A stretch of DNA of 64,000 bases from positions 76,350 through 140,349 of the forward strand of contig JAOSKE010000003.1 of NCBI GenBank assembly GCA_027493775.1. Reading direction: 5' to 3'. Source of the stretch: Kiritimatiellia bacterium (GTDB lineage: Bacteria; Verrucomicrobiota; Kiritimatiellia; CAIVKH01). The first letter of the stretch is position 1, and each line of letters opens with the position of its first letter. Both the position numbers and the translations under genes were made by a program. The notes beneath the pieces are model-generated. The model did not search any database. It was not told the origin of the DNA and saw nothing but the letters and a program-made list of their open reading frames with translations. Of this stretch, positions 47,601 to 55,846 are shown in pieces.

Positions 47601-48222
47601 CGTTCGTCCAAGTCCCCGTGTACGAAAACGTCGCGCCGTTGTTCCGATTGCTCACCGAAAACGAATACGCGCGGGTCATCGGGTTCAGTGTTGCGGTCAA
47701 GTTGTAGATGTTGGTCAGCGCAAACTGGATGTTCGTCACCGAATGATTCGCGCCATCGTACCAGTTGAAATTCTTGCTGCCTGCGGCGAAGAAAAATGAA
47801 AGGCGCTGGTTATCGAAGTGACTCGCGCCGTCGCCATTGCGAATGGTGAACGCGATGCGCCGCGCATTGCTGGGTGCGCCCGCCCCATCCGCGTTGAAGT
47901 CGCCGCGCATACTCCATGAAATCGTCAGTTCATTGGTGCAGGCAGAAAAGGTGCGGCTGATGGACTCGCCCGTCGCGCTGGCCAACCCGTAGAGGCCAAC
48001 GCTCTTGCTCCCGTCAATTCGTGCGGCGCTATCCAGATAACTGCCACCGCCGTTCTGCGAGTTGCGAGTCCAGTTTCCAACCCAGTCGCCACTCCCGCCG
48101 GACTGCCCAACCGGCCCGCTGCTGTAACTCTCAAAATCATCACTCGCCAGAAGCTGCGCTTTTGCGGAAAGGACTCCGAGCGTCAGCAACAGGATCAATG
48201 CAGGTACACATTTGCGCCACAT
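44608..48222 (-). CDS. Giant secreted calcineurin-like metallophosphoesterase (purple-acid-phosphatase-like) with a lectin-like N-terminal region and C-terminal thrombospondin type-3 calcium-binding repeats
   Basis: 1204-aa ORF with a signal peptide. Metallophosphatase motifs are present (…GDN…, GNHD, GHNHFYER). The C-terminus carries D-x-D-x-D-G-x-x-D repeats (DSDGDGLSDQEE, NADSDGDKVSDGEE). Confidence 0.6.
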   Translation of the reverse strand: MWRKCVPALILLLTLGVLSAKAQLLASDDFESYSSGPVGQSGGSGDWVGNWTRNSQNGGGSYLDSAARIDGSKSVGLYGLASATGESISRTFSACTNELTISWSMRGDFNADGAGAPSNARRIAFTIRNGDGASHFDNQRLSFFFAAGSKNFNWYDGANHSVTNIQFALTNIYNLTATLNPMTRAYSFSVSNRNNGATFSYTGTWTNGVAGDPIGSIAFMMRGPNGGGQNAYLDSVTVSAPDYVVPGLPELPLNEGAAWRYFKGRSMPAVQGEAEWFDPAYDDGSGWGSGESGFGYGGNGETKVFDDMQNSYLSVFFRTKFVVTNLTEIQQLNLGADYDDGFVAYLNGVEIARRNMPAGPVDHLTPALEWRDASRKGYNTYNNSGKEPQLKEYITVDPNLLVEGTNVLAVSGHNITTNSSDFYMLFELLTNATLVRGPYLQMPHQDHMSVIWHTAAALDSVVEYGYDENYADGVISNAGPERIHEVMLPVLPAGTTVYYRVKSGGEILGAAQFSAPKSAEQKFCVAVMSDYGGTSQHTADIVQQAVAKNPDLLITSGDNCQEQSAPPGLFDSHWFTPLSPLISRVPFMPTIGNHDIRTQQGSNYVNALSLPMNGPPGEEKRNYSFDYGNIHFVMIDGNTFEEAYETTYSNAPDRRPAVISWLTNDLHNTTQTWKIASFHQPPYTSRGPHPDTAPMKDYISPILEQYGVQIAFQGHNHFYERINPINGVYYFTVGSGGFSSHALTEQREFSFTVISNYDFLVFDVDGSHLKLRNINQYGVEQDSYDFDLSHPFKMDGILDDTNWQRAENRMKLNAAIRGPYLYVATQDAGEGSDNFIYVATNSGPMRAFNWAKSGQVMQWGAYLADENGGSGQVAGYYSWFDAAGQAMNDPSIARAVTPGLNNNSVYSNGVLEGTLDLGAYFGSFPSQLWLAAAPVQTDDGGALVSSAQVPASVNNDGNLDPSEFLVISTRDLALDAPVADAGEGSSAEAGYWLDVDGSQSISPSGLPTTYTWTQVSGPAGEIEHASALQTRFRLTNDIAEATSVVLRLTVFDSRFSDEDTVQLDFGPILDSDGDGLSDQEETTGVDNPLTPINPNGYITNPNNADSDGDKVSDGEEAVAGTDPNDSDSKFELVNVTTESETGPVIRWSSVSGRTYNLWSTTDLLVPNSWSRIAENLSATPPANIFTAAVPVSAQQMFAVEAIAP

Positions 48223-48294
48223 AACAAAACCTCCACCAGTTCTGCCCAGACCTTAGCGCAGCGGCTAAAAACGCGATATGGCATTAATTGATAT

Positions 48295-49326
48295 TTACTT
48301 GGCTAATTCCTTGGTCGCAGGCGGGGCTTTCCTGAAGCTGTCCGGAGAAATACCGACAAACCGACGAAAAGCGCGGGAAAATAACGACGCTTCTTCGTAG
48401 CCCAGCCGTGATGCAATTTCGCGTACGGGCAAATCAGTGCCTTGCAGTAGTCCACACGCACGACGCATAAGAATCGTCTGGGCATAGCGCTTCGGCGTCA
48501 TGCCAAAGGCGGAATGAAAAACGCGAATAAAATGTTCCTCTGTATATCCGGCTGCGCGGGCAAGTCGCCTGATGTTTCCGGGGTCGTAAATCACCCGGCC
48601 CTCCATCTGGGTCCGGGCATTCAATAACGCAGCATACCGACTGTCTTTTGGCACAAGAATGTTACGCCCATCGGCCAGCCCTTGGTTCTTCAAACTGCGT
48701 GAAAGTAGAGAAATTAGCCGAAGCATCGCCGCAAGCATATGCGAGCCGATCCCATATTCATTTTGCGCGAGGCTCGGTCGAACATCCCGTAGTACCACGC
48801 TCACTTCTCGCCATTCCTCAGGACGAAGCCGAAGCATCGGACGATTGCGAACCACAAACCACTCGTAAAACGGAGTGAACGCGGGATCCAGTTGCTCCCC
48901 CGCTTCGAAGGGGAGCTGACCAGCATCCATCGCCAAGTCAAAATCCATAACAAAAAGTGACCACACCCCCTTTCGAAGTGACCAATGAGAGGAATGTGGG
49001 CTGCGCGGCGGCATCACCAGCACATCGCCCGGCCGCAGGGGAAACTCCTCACCGTCCGAACGTTCAAAAACTCCCGTTCCTTCAAGTGAAATCAACAACT
49101 CCAAATACGGGTGCACATGCAGCGGGTAACGGCCTTCCTGCTTATGCTCGTGGAAAGCTGCGTAGCGGAGGTGAAAATCCGTACCCTCTACCCGCATGTG
49201 CAAGGGGCCTCGCCACCTGTTGCGAATATAGCGGACCGTATTTGACGGCCAAGACTGCACTTCACCTTTGACCGGCAATCGCGTAACGATTCGGCGGCCA
49301 GGAACTGGGCGTGGAATTTCAGTCAC
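48295..49326 (-). CDS. AraC/XylS-family transcriptional regulator with a cupin-like N-terminal domain
   Basis: The C-terminus carries an HTH_AraC region (…IRVFHSAFGMTPKRYAQ…IASRLGYEEASLFSRAFRRFVGISP…). Confidence 0.8.
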   Translation of the reverse strand: MTEIPRPVPGRRIVTRLPVKGEVQSWPSNTVRYIRNRWRGPLHMRVEGTDFHLRYAAFHEHKQEGRYPLHVHPYLELLISLEGTGVFERSDGEEFPLRPGDVLVMPPRSPHSSHWSLRKGVWSLFVMDFDLAMDAGQLPFEAGEQLDPAFTPFYEWFVVRNRPMLRLRPEEWREVSVVLRDVRPSLAQNEYGIGSHMLAAMLRLISLLSRSLKNQGLADGRNILVPKDSRYAALLNARTQMEGRVIYDPGNIRRLARAAGYTEEHFIRVFHSAFGMTPKRYAQTILMRRACGLLQGTDLPVREIASRLGYEEASLFSRAFRRFVGISPDSFRKAPPATKELAK

Positions 49327-49467
49327 AGAAAAGGAATAGTCCGAACGCGGGAGAGAAACAAGGGGGAGAATTTGTCGAACAGCTTGTCTTTGCGTTTGAC
49401 AGTCATTCTCGCCGCCCGCTATTCTTGCAGCATTGTTGGGGTGAGACTCGAATAATCAGGAGCAATC

Positions 49468-50328
49468 ATGGCAAAAGCCCTAAAGATATTTATCATTTTG
49501 ATCCTCCTCTTGAGCGTGGGTGCGGTGTACCTCGCTACAACCCTCTTCGGCAAACGCGAGGCCATGAAGGGACGCACACAAAAACTGGAAACCGCAGTCG
49601 CGGACATCAGTTCATCCCTCAGCAAGGCGGACGAACCGTACATCCATGCGCTGGACGTGACCATTGATCGCAACCGCCTGATGGCCTTCGACAACATGGA
49701 CAACGAAATCGGCAAGGTCAAAACCCTCGCCGGCGAGCGCTTCCGCGAACTCGGAACCACCTACGCCGACCTCAAAAAGACCACAGAAGATTTGGAAGAA
49801 AGCCGCGCGGAACTCGCGCAGCTCCGTGGCGAAATTGAGCGCGCACGCCAACAGATCGTCCAGCTCAACACCACCATCACCGAGCGCAACGCGGACATCG
49901 CCCGCCAGCGCGACCAAATCGAATCCGTCGAACGCGAAAAAGCCGGCCTTCAGATTCAGATTGACGACCTCAACAACGAAATCGCCAAAAGAGATGACGA
50001 GTTGCAGGATCAGCGCGACAAGGTTCTCACCCTCGAACAAACCATCTCCGATATGGAAGCGCAGCTCGCCGACGGCACGGTGCGTCCCCTCCCCAAAGGT
50101 CTTTATGGCCACGTCGTACTCGTGAACAAAGATTGGAATTTCGTCATCCTCGATATCGGCAGCAAGGCTGGACTCGTCCAGAACGCGGAAATGCTCGTTC
50201 ACCGTGGCGACAAGCTGGTCGGTAAAATTCGCATCAGCGGTGTCACGCGCGACCTCGCCATTGCCGATGTCCGCAGCGATTGGGAGCAAATGCAGATTCG
50301 GAAAGGGGACTTCGTTGCAGTCCAATAA
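49468..50328 (+). CDS. Membrane-anchored coiled-coil protein with a C-terminal beta-rich domain (hypothetical; MreC- or SAF-like topology)
   Basis: N-terminal TM helix IFIILILLLSVGAVYLATTLF, then about 170 aa of heptad-like E/Q/R-rich sequence, then …GHVVLVNKDWNFVILDIGSKAGL…GDKLVGKIRISGV…. Confidence 0.45.
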   Translation: MAKALKIFIILILLLSVGAVYLATTLFGKREAMKGRTQKLETAVADISSSLSKADEPYIHALDVTIDRNRLMAFDNMDNEIGKVKTLAGERFRELGTTYADLKKTTEDLEESRAELAQLRGEIERARQQIVQLNTTITERNADIARQRDQIESVEREKAGLQIQIDDLNNEIAKRDDELQDQRDKVLTLEQTISDMEAQLADGTVRPLPKGLYGHVVLVNKDWNFVILDIGSKAGLVQNAEMLVHRGDKLVGKIRISGVTRDLAIADVRSDWEQMQIRKGDFVAVQ

Positions 50329-50450
50329 TATTCCATCCATGCTCGCATTGGTGACGATCATGTTGCTCGTCATCATCATCACGGTACAGGCGCTGGAGCT
50401 TTCGTACTACAACGCCGCGCCCAGTGTTTGGCCACTATAAGGGTTCAGCC

Positions 50451-50696
50451 ATGAAACGCCTGCTCATCTGCCTGGCCCTGCTCGGCATTGCTGCGGCGTT
50501 CGTCGGTTGCGCAAGCATGGACCCCTATTCCGAATCCTCAATTCCGTGGAACGCCCCCAACCATGGGAAGGCTCACCGGGAATCCCAGGTTTGGAAGGAC
50601 GCTAATCCGCTTGCAGGACCATTGACCCGCAACGGAACCCCTGATACCGTCCAGCTTCTTTCCAAAATAACGTCGGGCCGTGGCTCAGCCTGGTAG
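50451..50696 (+). CDS. Small putative lipoprotein (about 81 aa); its 3' end overlaps tRNA-Pro by about 23 nt
   Basis: Signal peptide and lipobox MKRLLICLALLGIAAAFVGC. The end position is doubtful because the ORF reads into the tRNA. Confidence 0.25.
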   Translation: MKRLLICLALLGIAAAFVGCASMDPYSESSIPWNAPNHGKAHRESQVWKDANPLAGPLTRNGTPDTVQLLSKITSGRGSAW

Positions 50697-50750
50697 AGCG
50701 CTTGCTTGGGGTGCAAGAGGTCACGAGTTCAAATCTCGTCGGCCCGACCA
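50674..50750 (+). tRNA. tRNA-Pro(GGG): tRNA-Pro (anticodon GGG)
   Basis: CGGGCCGTGGCTCAGCCTGGTAGAGCGCTTGCTTGGGGTGCAAGAGGTCACGAGTTCAAATCTCGTCGGCCCGACCA. Cloverleaf fold with anticodon loop TTGGGGT. Confidence 0.9.
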
Positions 50751-50754
50751 GTTT

Positions 50755-51552
50755 TCATTTATCCCGCTTTGAGCGGGATTTCGTGGCATTCCCTCCTTCG
50801 CCGAGGCGGCTTCGGCGGGCAAGTCGGCCCACACCTACCTGCGTTCGGTGGTCTCGACACGCAGATGCGGCGGTGTTTCCCGCCGCAACGATGAGCTTGT
50901 AGTCGTGGTAAAAGCGGTTGTGCCTCTTTGCCAACAGGTTTCGCATGGCGTGACAAGCCGTCACACTGGGCAGAAACCAGAAAGAATGTGAAAGGACGCC
51001 CAGGAGTCGAGCATCCGAGAACGGCATGAGTGGTTTCTGTGCGCCGAGTTTCAGGTTGTCAACGCTGGTCGGCATGAACGCGCCGCGTATCAGGTTCAGC
51101 CATTTCTGGATTTCATCCTCATACCTGAATTTCGCCTTGTCGCCGATGCCCTCGGCGGAGAAGAACACATTCAAATCAAACTCGTTGAACTCCCCTTGCA
51201 TCGCAATTTCCCGAATCGCATCCGGCAGTTGATACGTCATCAACACCATCCGGGGCAGCGCAGTGTAGGGATTCTTCTGGCCTGTCCAATCCCGCTTGGC
51301 CCGCTGCTCATCGGAATACGTCCAGTTGTAGATTTGTTCCTCGATGAACTCGCCGGAAGCGATCGCGCGGAAGGGTGTGCCGGAAAGGTAGAGATAGCCG
51401 TCTGTCGTGATTGGGATAGTGCGCACGTCCGGATTCACACCCAGATGCGCGGCGATCTCGTCAACCGACCATCCGCGTTCCCGCATGGTCATCCCCTCGA
51501 ATGCGCACCGAAAGCGGCTGACACGATGGCAGCCGGCGTCCAGGAAGAACAA
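50755..51552 (-). CDS. Hypothetical protein of unknown function, converging on the tRNA-Pro 3' end; C-terminal end uncertain
   Basis: The ORF reads MTMRERGWSVDEIAAHLGV…FMPTSVDNLKLGAQKPLMPFSDARLLGV…. Its last ~50 codons run through hairpin-rich, non-protein-like sequence next to the tRNA, so the true stop may be obscured by an indel. Confidence 0.35.
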   Translation of the reverse strand: MFFLDAGCHRVSRFRCAFEGMTMRERGWSVDEIAAHLGVNPDVRTIPITTDGYLYLSGTPFRAIASGEFIEEQIYNWTYSDEQRAKRDWTGQKNPYTALPRMVLMTYQLPDAIREIAMQGEFNEFDLNVFFSAEGIGDKAKFRYEDEIQKWLNLIRGAFMPTSVDNLKLGAQKPLMPFSDARLLGVLSHSFWFLPSVTACHAMRNLLAKRHNRFYHDYKLIVAAGNTAASACRDHRTQVGVGRLARRSRLGEGGNATKSRSKRDK

Positions 51553-51731
51553 CCATTTATCTTTCCCACGAATTCAACAACGCGAATTCGCCAATTTTTC
51601 GCCGTTCGCGCGCACATGAAGGATCTTCTCTGGATTTTGTCTCAAAGTTCGGACAACACGGGGTTGATTCTGCTCGGTTGGTAGAGTAACAGTACGTGAA
51701 CTATTGCAGGGGCGCTGTTGCCGAACATCCA

Positions 51732-52700
51732 TGCCTACGAAACGAAAACCGAAAAAGAACTCGCCGTTGGATGACGTCGTTGAACGACTGCTTGATCTCT
51801 ATACCGACTGCAACGAAGATCGTCCCGATAGTGTATTGGGGGTGCTACCCCAACAGTCGAAAAGTTATTGATGCGCTGCGGACGCTGATTGATGTCCTCT
51901 TCCCCGGCAAGCTCTCATCTCGTTCCATTCACCAAAAGGCGCTGCCCGCGCACATCCGCCGGAATATGACGAGCGCACTGCGATTGCTTGGCCCGGAAAT
52001 CGAACGTGCCCTTCCCTTCCGCTGGATCGGCCAGGCGGCGCGTCACGAGGGCGCGCGCGATCAGTGCTCGGTCAAAACCGAAGCGAAACGAATCATTGAG
52101 CTTTTCGCCAAGCAACTTCCCGAAGTACGCAAACTCTTAATTGATGACGTCCGCGCCGCCTATGAAGGCGACCCGGCGGCGCTGACCTATGCCGAGGTGC
52201 AGTTGGCGTACCCCGGCATCCTCGCCATCGCGTCGCATCGTTTGGCCCACGAGCTCTATCGCCTCGACGTGCCCATCGTCCCGCGCGTGATGAGCGAGTG
52301 GACGCACTCGAAGACCGGCGTGGACATTCACCCCGGCGCAAAAATCGGACGCGCGTTCTTCATTGACCACGCGACCGGCGTCGTGATCGGAGAGACCACG
52401 GAAATCGGCGACAACGTGAAGCTCTATCAGGGCGTGACGCTCGGCGCGCGCAGTTTTCCATTGGACGAAAACGGATTTCCGATCAAGCACATCAAGCGTC
52501 ATCCTACCGTGCAGGACGGCGTTGTAATTTATGCGAACGCGACCATCCTCGGCGGCGATACGGTAATCGGGCGCGATTCAGTGATCGGCGGCAACGTCTT
52601 CCTGACCGACAGCGTCCCCGCGGAAAGCGTCGTCTCCGCCGACCATTCTGACTTTCAAGTCAAGCCGGCGACAAACGGCACCATCAATTACGTGATTTAA
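51732..52700 (+). CDS. cysE: Serine O-acetyltransferase, long form with N-terminal extension, read through an apparent +1 indel near 51861-51864
   Basis: Hexapeptide-repeat left-handed beta-helix (…DIHPGAKIGRAFFIDHATGVVIGETTEIGDNVKLYQGVTLG…). The N-terminal segment MPTKRKPKKNSPLDDVVERLLDLY… sits in the adjacent frame. Confidence 0.8.
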   Translation, partial: CLRNENRKRTRRWMTSLNDCLISIPTATKIVPIVYWGCYPNSRKVIDALRTLIDVLFPGKLSSRSIHQKALPAHIRRNMTSALRLLGPEIERALPFRWIGQAARHEGARDQCSVKTEAKRIIELFAKQLPEVRKLLIDDVRAAYEGDPAALTYAEVQLAYPGILAIASHRLAHELYRLDVPIVPRVMSEWTHSKTGVDIHPGAKIGRAFFIDHATGVVIGETTEIGDNVKLYQGVTLGARSFPLDENGFPIKHIKRHPTVQDGVVIYANATILGGDTVIGRDSVIGGNVFLTDSVPAESVVSADHSDFQVKPATNGTINYVI

Positions 52701-52739
52701 GCGCTCGGCCCAAAATCGCGTCAGTTGCAATGTAGCAAT

Positions 52740-53642
52740 TTACGCCCAAAGTGGATTCGGATAAGCGCCGCTCGAAACGAGCTTGGCAATACCGGCGCGC
52801 ACAAGCGGTTTATCCATTGGATAGGTCATCCCCAGCCACCGCGCAGAAGTCGGAATTGAGCGTACCGTTGCCGCGCCCTCGGCAACCATCTGGCCGACAA
52901 TCGTCGAAATCGCAAACTCTGCTTTCGGATTCTCCGCATTTTCTTCGAGGAACTGAACAAACGTTCGTCCGAGATACGGGAACAGCGCGGGAGTAAAGCC
53001 CCAGCAGTTCATAGACACCGTTGTACCCGCTGCAAGCGGTAGGAATTGCCCATCCACTGCAGCAACAATGGTCCCTTCTCGGTTTTCAATGTGTGTGCGT
53101 TCGACAATTTGTTTCAGCAGCCCATCCTCCCCAATCTCGCAAACGCCGCGCGAAACCGAGCCGTATTCTGACAACGTATCTACGACACGATAGCCCGCGA
53201 GGAAGAAATCTGTCGTAGCAACATCCGTGTTGGTCAGCGCATCCGCCAGTCCCTGGAACGCGGCCCGCCCATAAAAGTCGTCCGCATTAATTACAACGAA
53301 CGGCTCTTTCACAACATGGCGCGCGGCCCAAACTGCGTGCGCGGTTCCCCACGGTTTCGCGCGGTTTTCGGGCACAGAAAATCCTTCCGGCAAATCGGTC
53401 CGCTCCTGAAATGCGTAGGCGACAGGAAGCGCCTTTGCGATGTTCCGCTCAACCACCTCGCGAAACGGCGCTTCAATATCGCGGCGAATGACAAATACGA
53501 TCCGCCCAAAACCCGCCTGCAGCGCATCGTACACCGAATAATCGAGCATGATCTCACCCGCCGGTCCGACCGGATCAATCTGCTTCAGCCCGCCATACCG
53601 GCTCCCCATCCCTGCAGCCATGATTAATAATGTCGGTTTCAT
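52740..53642 (-). CDS. Sugar-phosphate nucleotidyltransferase (NTP_transferase family)
   Basis: MKPTLLIMAAGMGSRYGGLKQ… matches the G-x-G-T-R-like nucleotide-binding N-terminus. Confidence 0.6.
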   Translation of the reverse strand: MKPTLLIMAAGMGSRYGGLKQIDPVGPAGEIMLDYSVYDALQAGFGRIVFVIRRDIEAPFREVVERNIAKALPVAYAFQERTDLPEGFSVPENRAKPWGTAHAVWAARHVVKEPFVVINADDFYGRAAFQGLADALTNTDVATTDFFLAGYRVVDTLSEYGSVSRGVCEIGEDGLLKQIVERTHIENREGTIVAAVDGQFLPLAAGTTVSMNCWGFTPALFPYLGRTFVQFLEENAENPKAEFAISTIVGQMVAEGAATVRSIPTSARWLGMTYPMDKPLVRAGIAKLVSSGAYPNPLWA

Positions 53643-53664
53643 GATGCCATCCTCCGAAAAACCG

Positions 53665-54612
53665 TTAACCTTCTCGTTCAGAAACCCCGATGGAATCGCG
53701 GATAAAGTATAACGGGCGTTTCTTTGTCTCTTCGTAAATTCTACTCACATACTGTCCCAGCAAACCAAGACTCATCAACTGAATCCCGCCGAGCACCAGC
53801 ATCGCCGCAATCAACGACGTCCAGCCTGGCACCGTTTCGCCCCACCCCATGACGCGGCTCACGATGAGGCGCAGCGCAAAAAGCATCCCCACCACACTGA
53901 CGAGAATTCCAACGCCCATCATCCAGCGCAGAGGGGCACCGGAAAATGAGGTCAGGGCGTCCCACGAAAGCCGAATCAGTTGCCACAACGGATACTTCGT
54001 CCGCCCCGCGTGACGCGCCGCACGATCATACACAACGGGACACTGACTGAATCCGGTCCAACACGTCAACCCGCGCAGGAAGCGATGCAGCTCCCGCACT
54101 CCGCGCAACGCCTCGACCACCTTGCGATCAATCAATCGGAACTCCCCCGCGTCCATCGGAACTTGGATGCCCGCAATCGCATGAAAAAGCCGATAAAACA
54201 TCCGTGCTGACGCCTTCTTGAACCAGCTCTCCCCTGCGCGGCTGCGGCGAACGGCATAGACGATTTCATACCCCTCGCGCCATTTGGCGAGCAACTCAGG
54301 GATCACCTCCGGCGGATCCTGCAAATCCGCGTCAATCACCACCGTCGCATCGCCTCTCGCATAATCCAACCCTGCGGTGATCGCGACCTGATGCCCAAAA
54401 TCGCGCGAAAGCACGATCAGTTTCACCCGCGGATCCTCCGCTGCCTTCTTCCGCACCCACGGCACGGATCCATCCGTGCTTCCATCGTCTACCAAAATCA
54501 GCTCCCACCCCTCCGGCTGCGCATCCATAACGCGCACCAGCCGGTCATAGAGCACCGGCAAATTTTCCTCCTCATCAAGGAAAGGCGAAACAATGGTGAT
54601 TAGCTTCTTCAT
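53665..54612 (-). CDS. GT2-family polyprenyl-phosphate glycosyltransferase (DPM1/ArnC/GtrB-like) with a C-terminal TM anchor
   Basis: …IVSPFLDEEENL…LILVDDGSTDGS…VIDADLQDPPE…, followed by two C-terminal TM helices. Start taken at MKKLITIV (54612). Confidence 0.75.
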   Translation of the reverse strand: MKKLITIVSPFLDEEENLPVLYDRLVRVMDAQPEGWELILVDDGSTDGSVPWVRKKAAEDPRVKLIVLSRDFGHQVAITAGLDYARGDATVVIDADLQDPPEVIPELLAKWREGYEIVYAVRRSRAGESWFKKASARMFYRLFHAIAGIQVPMDAGEFRLIDRKVVEALRGVRELHRFLRGLTCWTGFSQCPVVYDRAARHAGRTKYPLWQLIRLSWDALTSFSGAPLRWMMGVGILVSVVGMLFALRLIVSRVMGWGETVPGWTSLIAAMLVLGGIQLMSLGLLGQYVSRIYEETKKRPLYFIRDSIGVSEREG

Positions 54613-54673
54613 CAAGCACAACCACGCTACCAATCCCCTCGCATCCCGCCAAGCCCGCAAATGCGCCTCAAAA

Positions 54674-54724
54674 ACTTCCAAGGCTTGGAAGTCCGCCCGA
54701 AAATCACTTCCAAGGGTTGGAAGT
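54674..54724. promoter_or_regulatory. Twin palindromic operator candidate: ACTTCCAAG-g-CTTGGAAGT (54674-54692) and ACTTCCAA-ggg-TTGGAAGT (54706-54724), centres 32 bp apart
   Basis: Two near-identical, perfect inverted repeats in the 168-bp divergent intergenic region between the two GT2 genes (54613-54780). Confidence 0.5.
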
Positions 54725-54780
54725 TTTATATTCTAAAAAACAATATCGAAACGAGGTGTAGCAGGCTATTATGCGCGACC

Positions 54781-55800
54781 ATGTCGAATCCGAAAGTTTC
54801 AGTTGTTATTCCGGCGTACGGCTGCGCGGGAACAATTGCGTTTGTTTTGGATGCTTTATTCAAACAAACCGTACAACCGCTGGAGATCATCGTGGTAAAT
54901 GATCGCTCACCGGATGGTTTGGATGAAGCGGTACAGCCCTTTCTTGACCAGATTATTTACGTTAAAAACGAACGCAATCTCGGCCTGGCGCGTACCTGTA
55001 ACGTCGGCTTGCGTCGGGCAACGGCGCCATATGTAATGACGCTTCATTCGGATTGCCTGCTCGATCCGAATTATATCGAGCGGATGCTCGATCATCTCGA
55101 CGCAGATCCTTCTATTGCTGTCGCAACAGGCCAGTATCTATTCGATGACTACCGCGCATTGGCGTTGAGTGATCGCCTCTTCTCTGCCTTGAATTTACTC
55201 CCTATTGAAACCGACCGAAGCGATACTGGAGTCTATCAACTCGATTTTATCGAAGGCAAAGGCGATGTCTTCCGGCGCGAGGTAATTGCAAAATACGGCT
55301 TCTTTTCTGAAAAACTTTCTCTGACTGCGGAAGACCAAGACCTCTCCGCCAACATTCGACGAGATGGGTTCCGCATCGTCCAAGACTGTCGCGCCCGTTT
55401 CCGTGTGATGTTCACCGGTACAAGCGACTCCATTCGCAAGGTACTTCGAAAGCAACGCACGTATGCTCGCGGGCAGGCCTACGTTGTCATCAAGTACGGA
55501 CTTGGCGTCTTTACCGCTTCAACGCCCAATCGAAAAAATCGGGCGAAACATCGCCTCGGACAGCTCATTTTTGCCTGTGGCGTAATCGCTGCACTCGTCG
55601 GACTCGCGATAAACCCTTCGCTTTACTGGATTCCACTCGCCTGGCTCGCCTTTCGCATCCTGCACTACGCAATTCTTAGCAAACGCGGGGGGTATAACGA
55701 CACCCTTGTTGTGAGCCTAATCGGGCCCGTGGCAGACCTGTATTACTTTTACGGAATGATCGAAGGTGCGATCAAAACGATCCTATTCGGACGAGCGTAA
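54781..55800 (+). CDS. GT2-family glycosyltransferase with a C-terminal TM segment
   Basis: MSNPKVSVVIPAYG…VVNDRSPDG…LHSDCLLD…. Start set at ATG 54781; the upstream part of the ORF-track ORF covers the palindromes and is probably non-coding. Confidence 0.7.
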   Translation: MSNPKVSVVIPAYGCAGTIAFVLDALFKQTVQPLEIIVVNDRSPDGLDEAVQPFLDQIIYVKNERNLGLARTCNVGLRRATAPYVMTLHSDCLLDPNYIERMLDHLDADPSIAVATGQYLFDDYRALALSDRLFSALNLLPIETDRSDTGVYQLDFIEGKGDVFRREVIAKYGFFSEKLSLTAEDQDLSANIRRDGFRIVQDCRARFRVMFTGTSDSIRKVLRKQRTYARGQAYVVIKYGLGVFTASTPNRKNRAKHRLGQLIFACGVIAALVGLAINPSLYWIPLAWLAFRILHYAILSKRGGYNDTLVVSLIGPVADLYYFYGMIEGAIKTILFGRA

Positions 55801-55846
55801 GGCGATGGCGCGACGAGGGCCGGCCGCGTTGAGGGCGATGGCTCCG

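Noticed and set aside
45037-47799. Several plus-strand ORFs of 77-247 aa
   Set aside because: Antisense to the 1204-aa metallophosphatase gene.
50757-50781. Hairpin after tRNA-Pro as an integrase attachment core
   Set aside because: No second copy of the tRNA 3' end and no integrase gene are visible in the window. It is more simply a tRNA terminator hairpin, and is kept only as a low-interest note.
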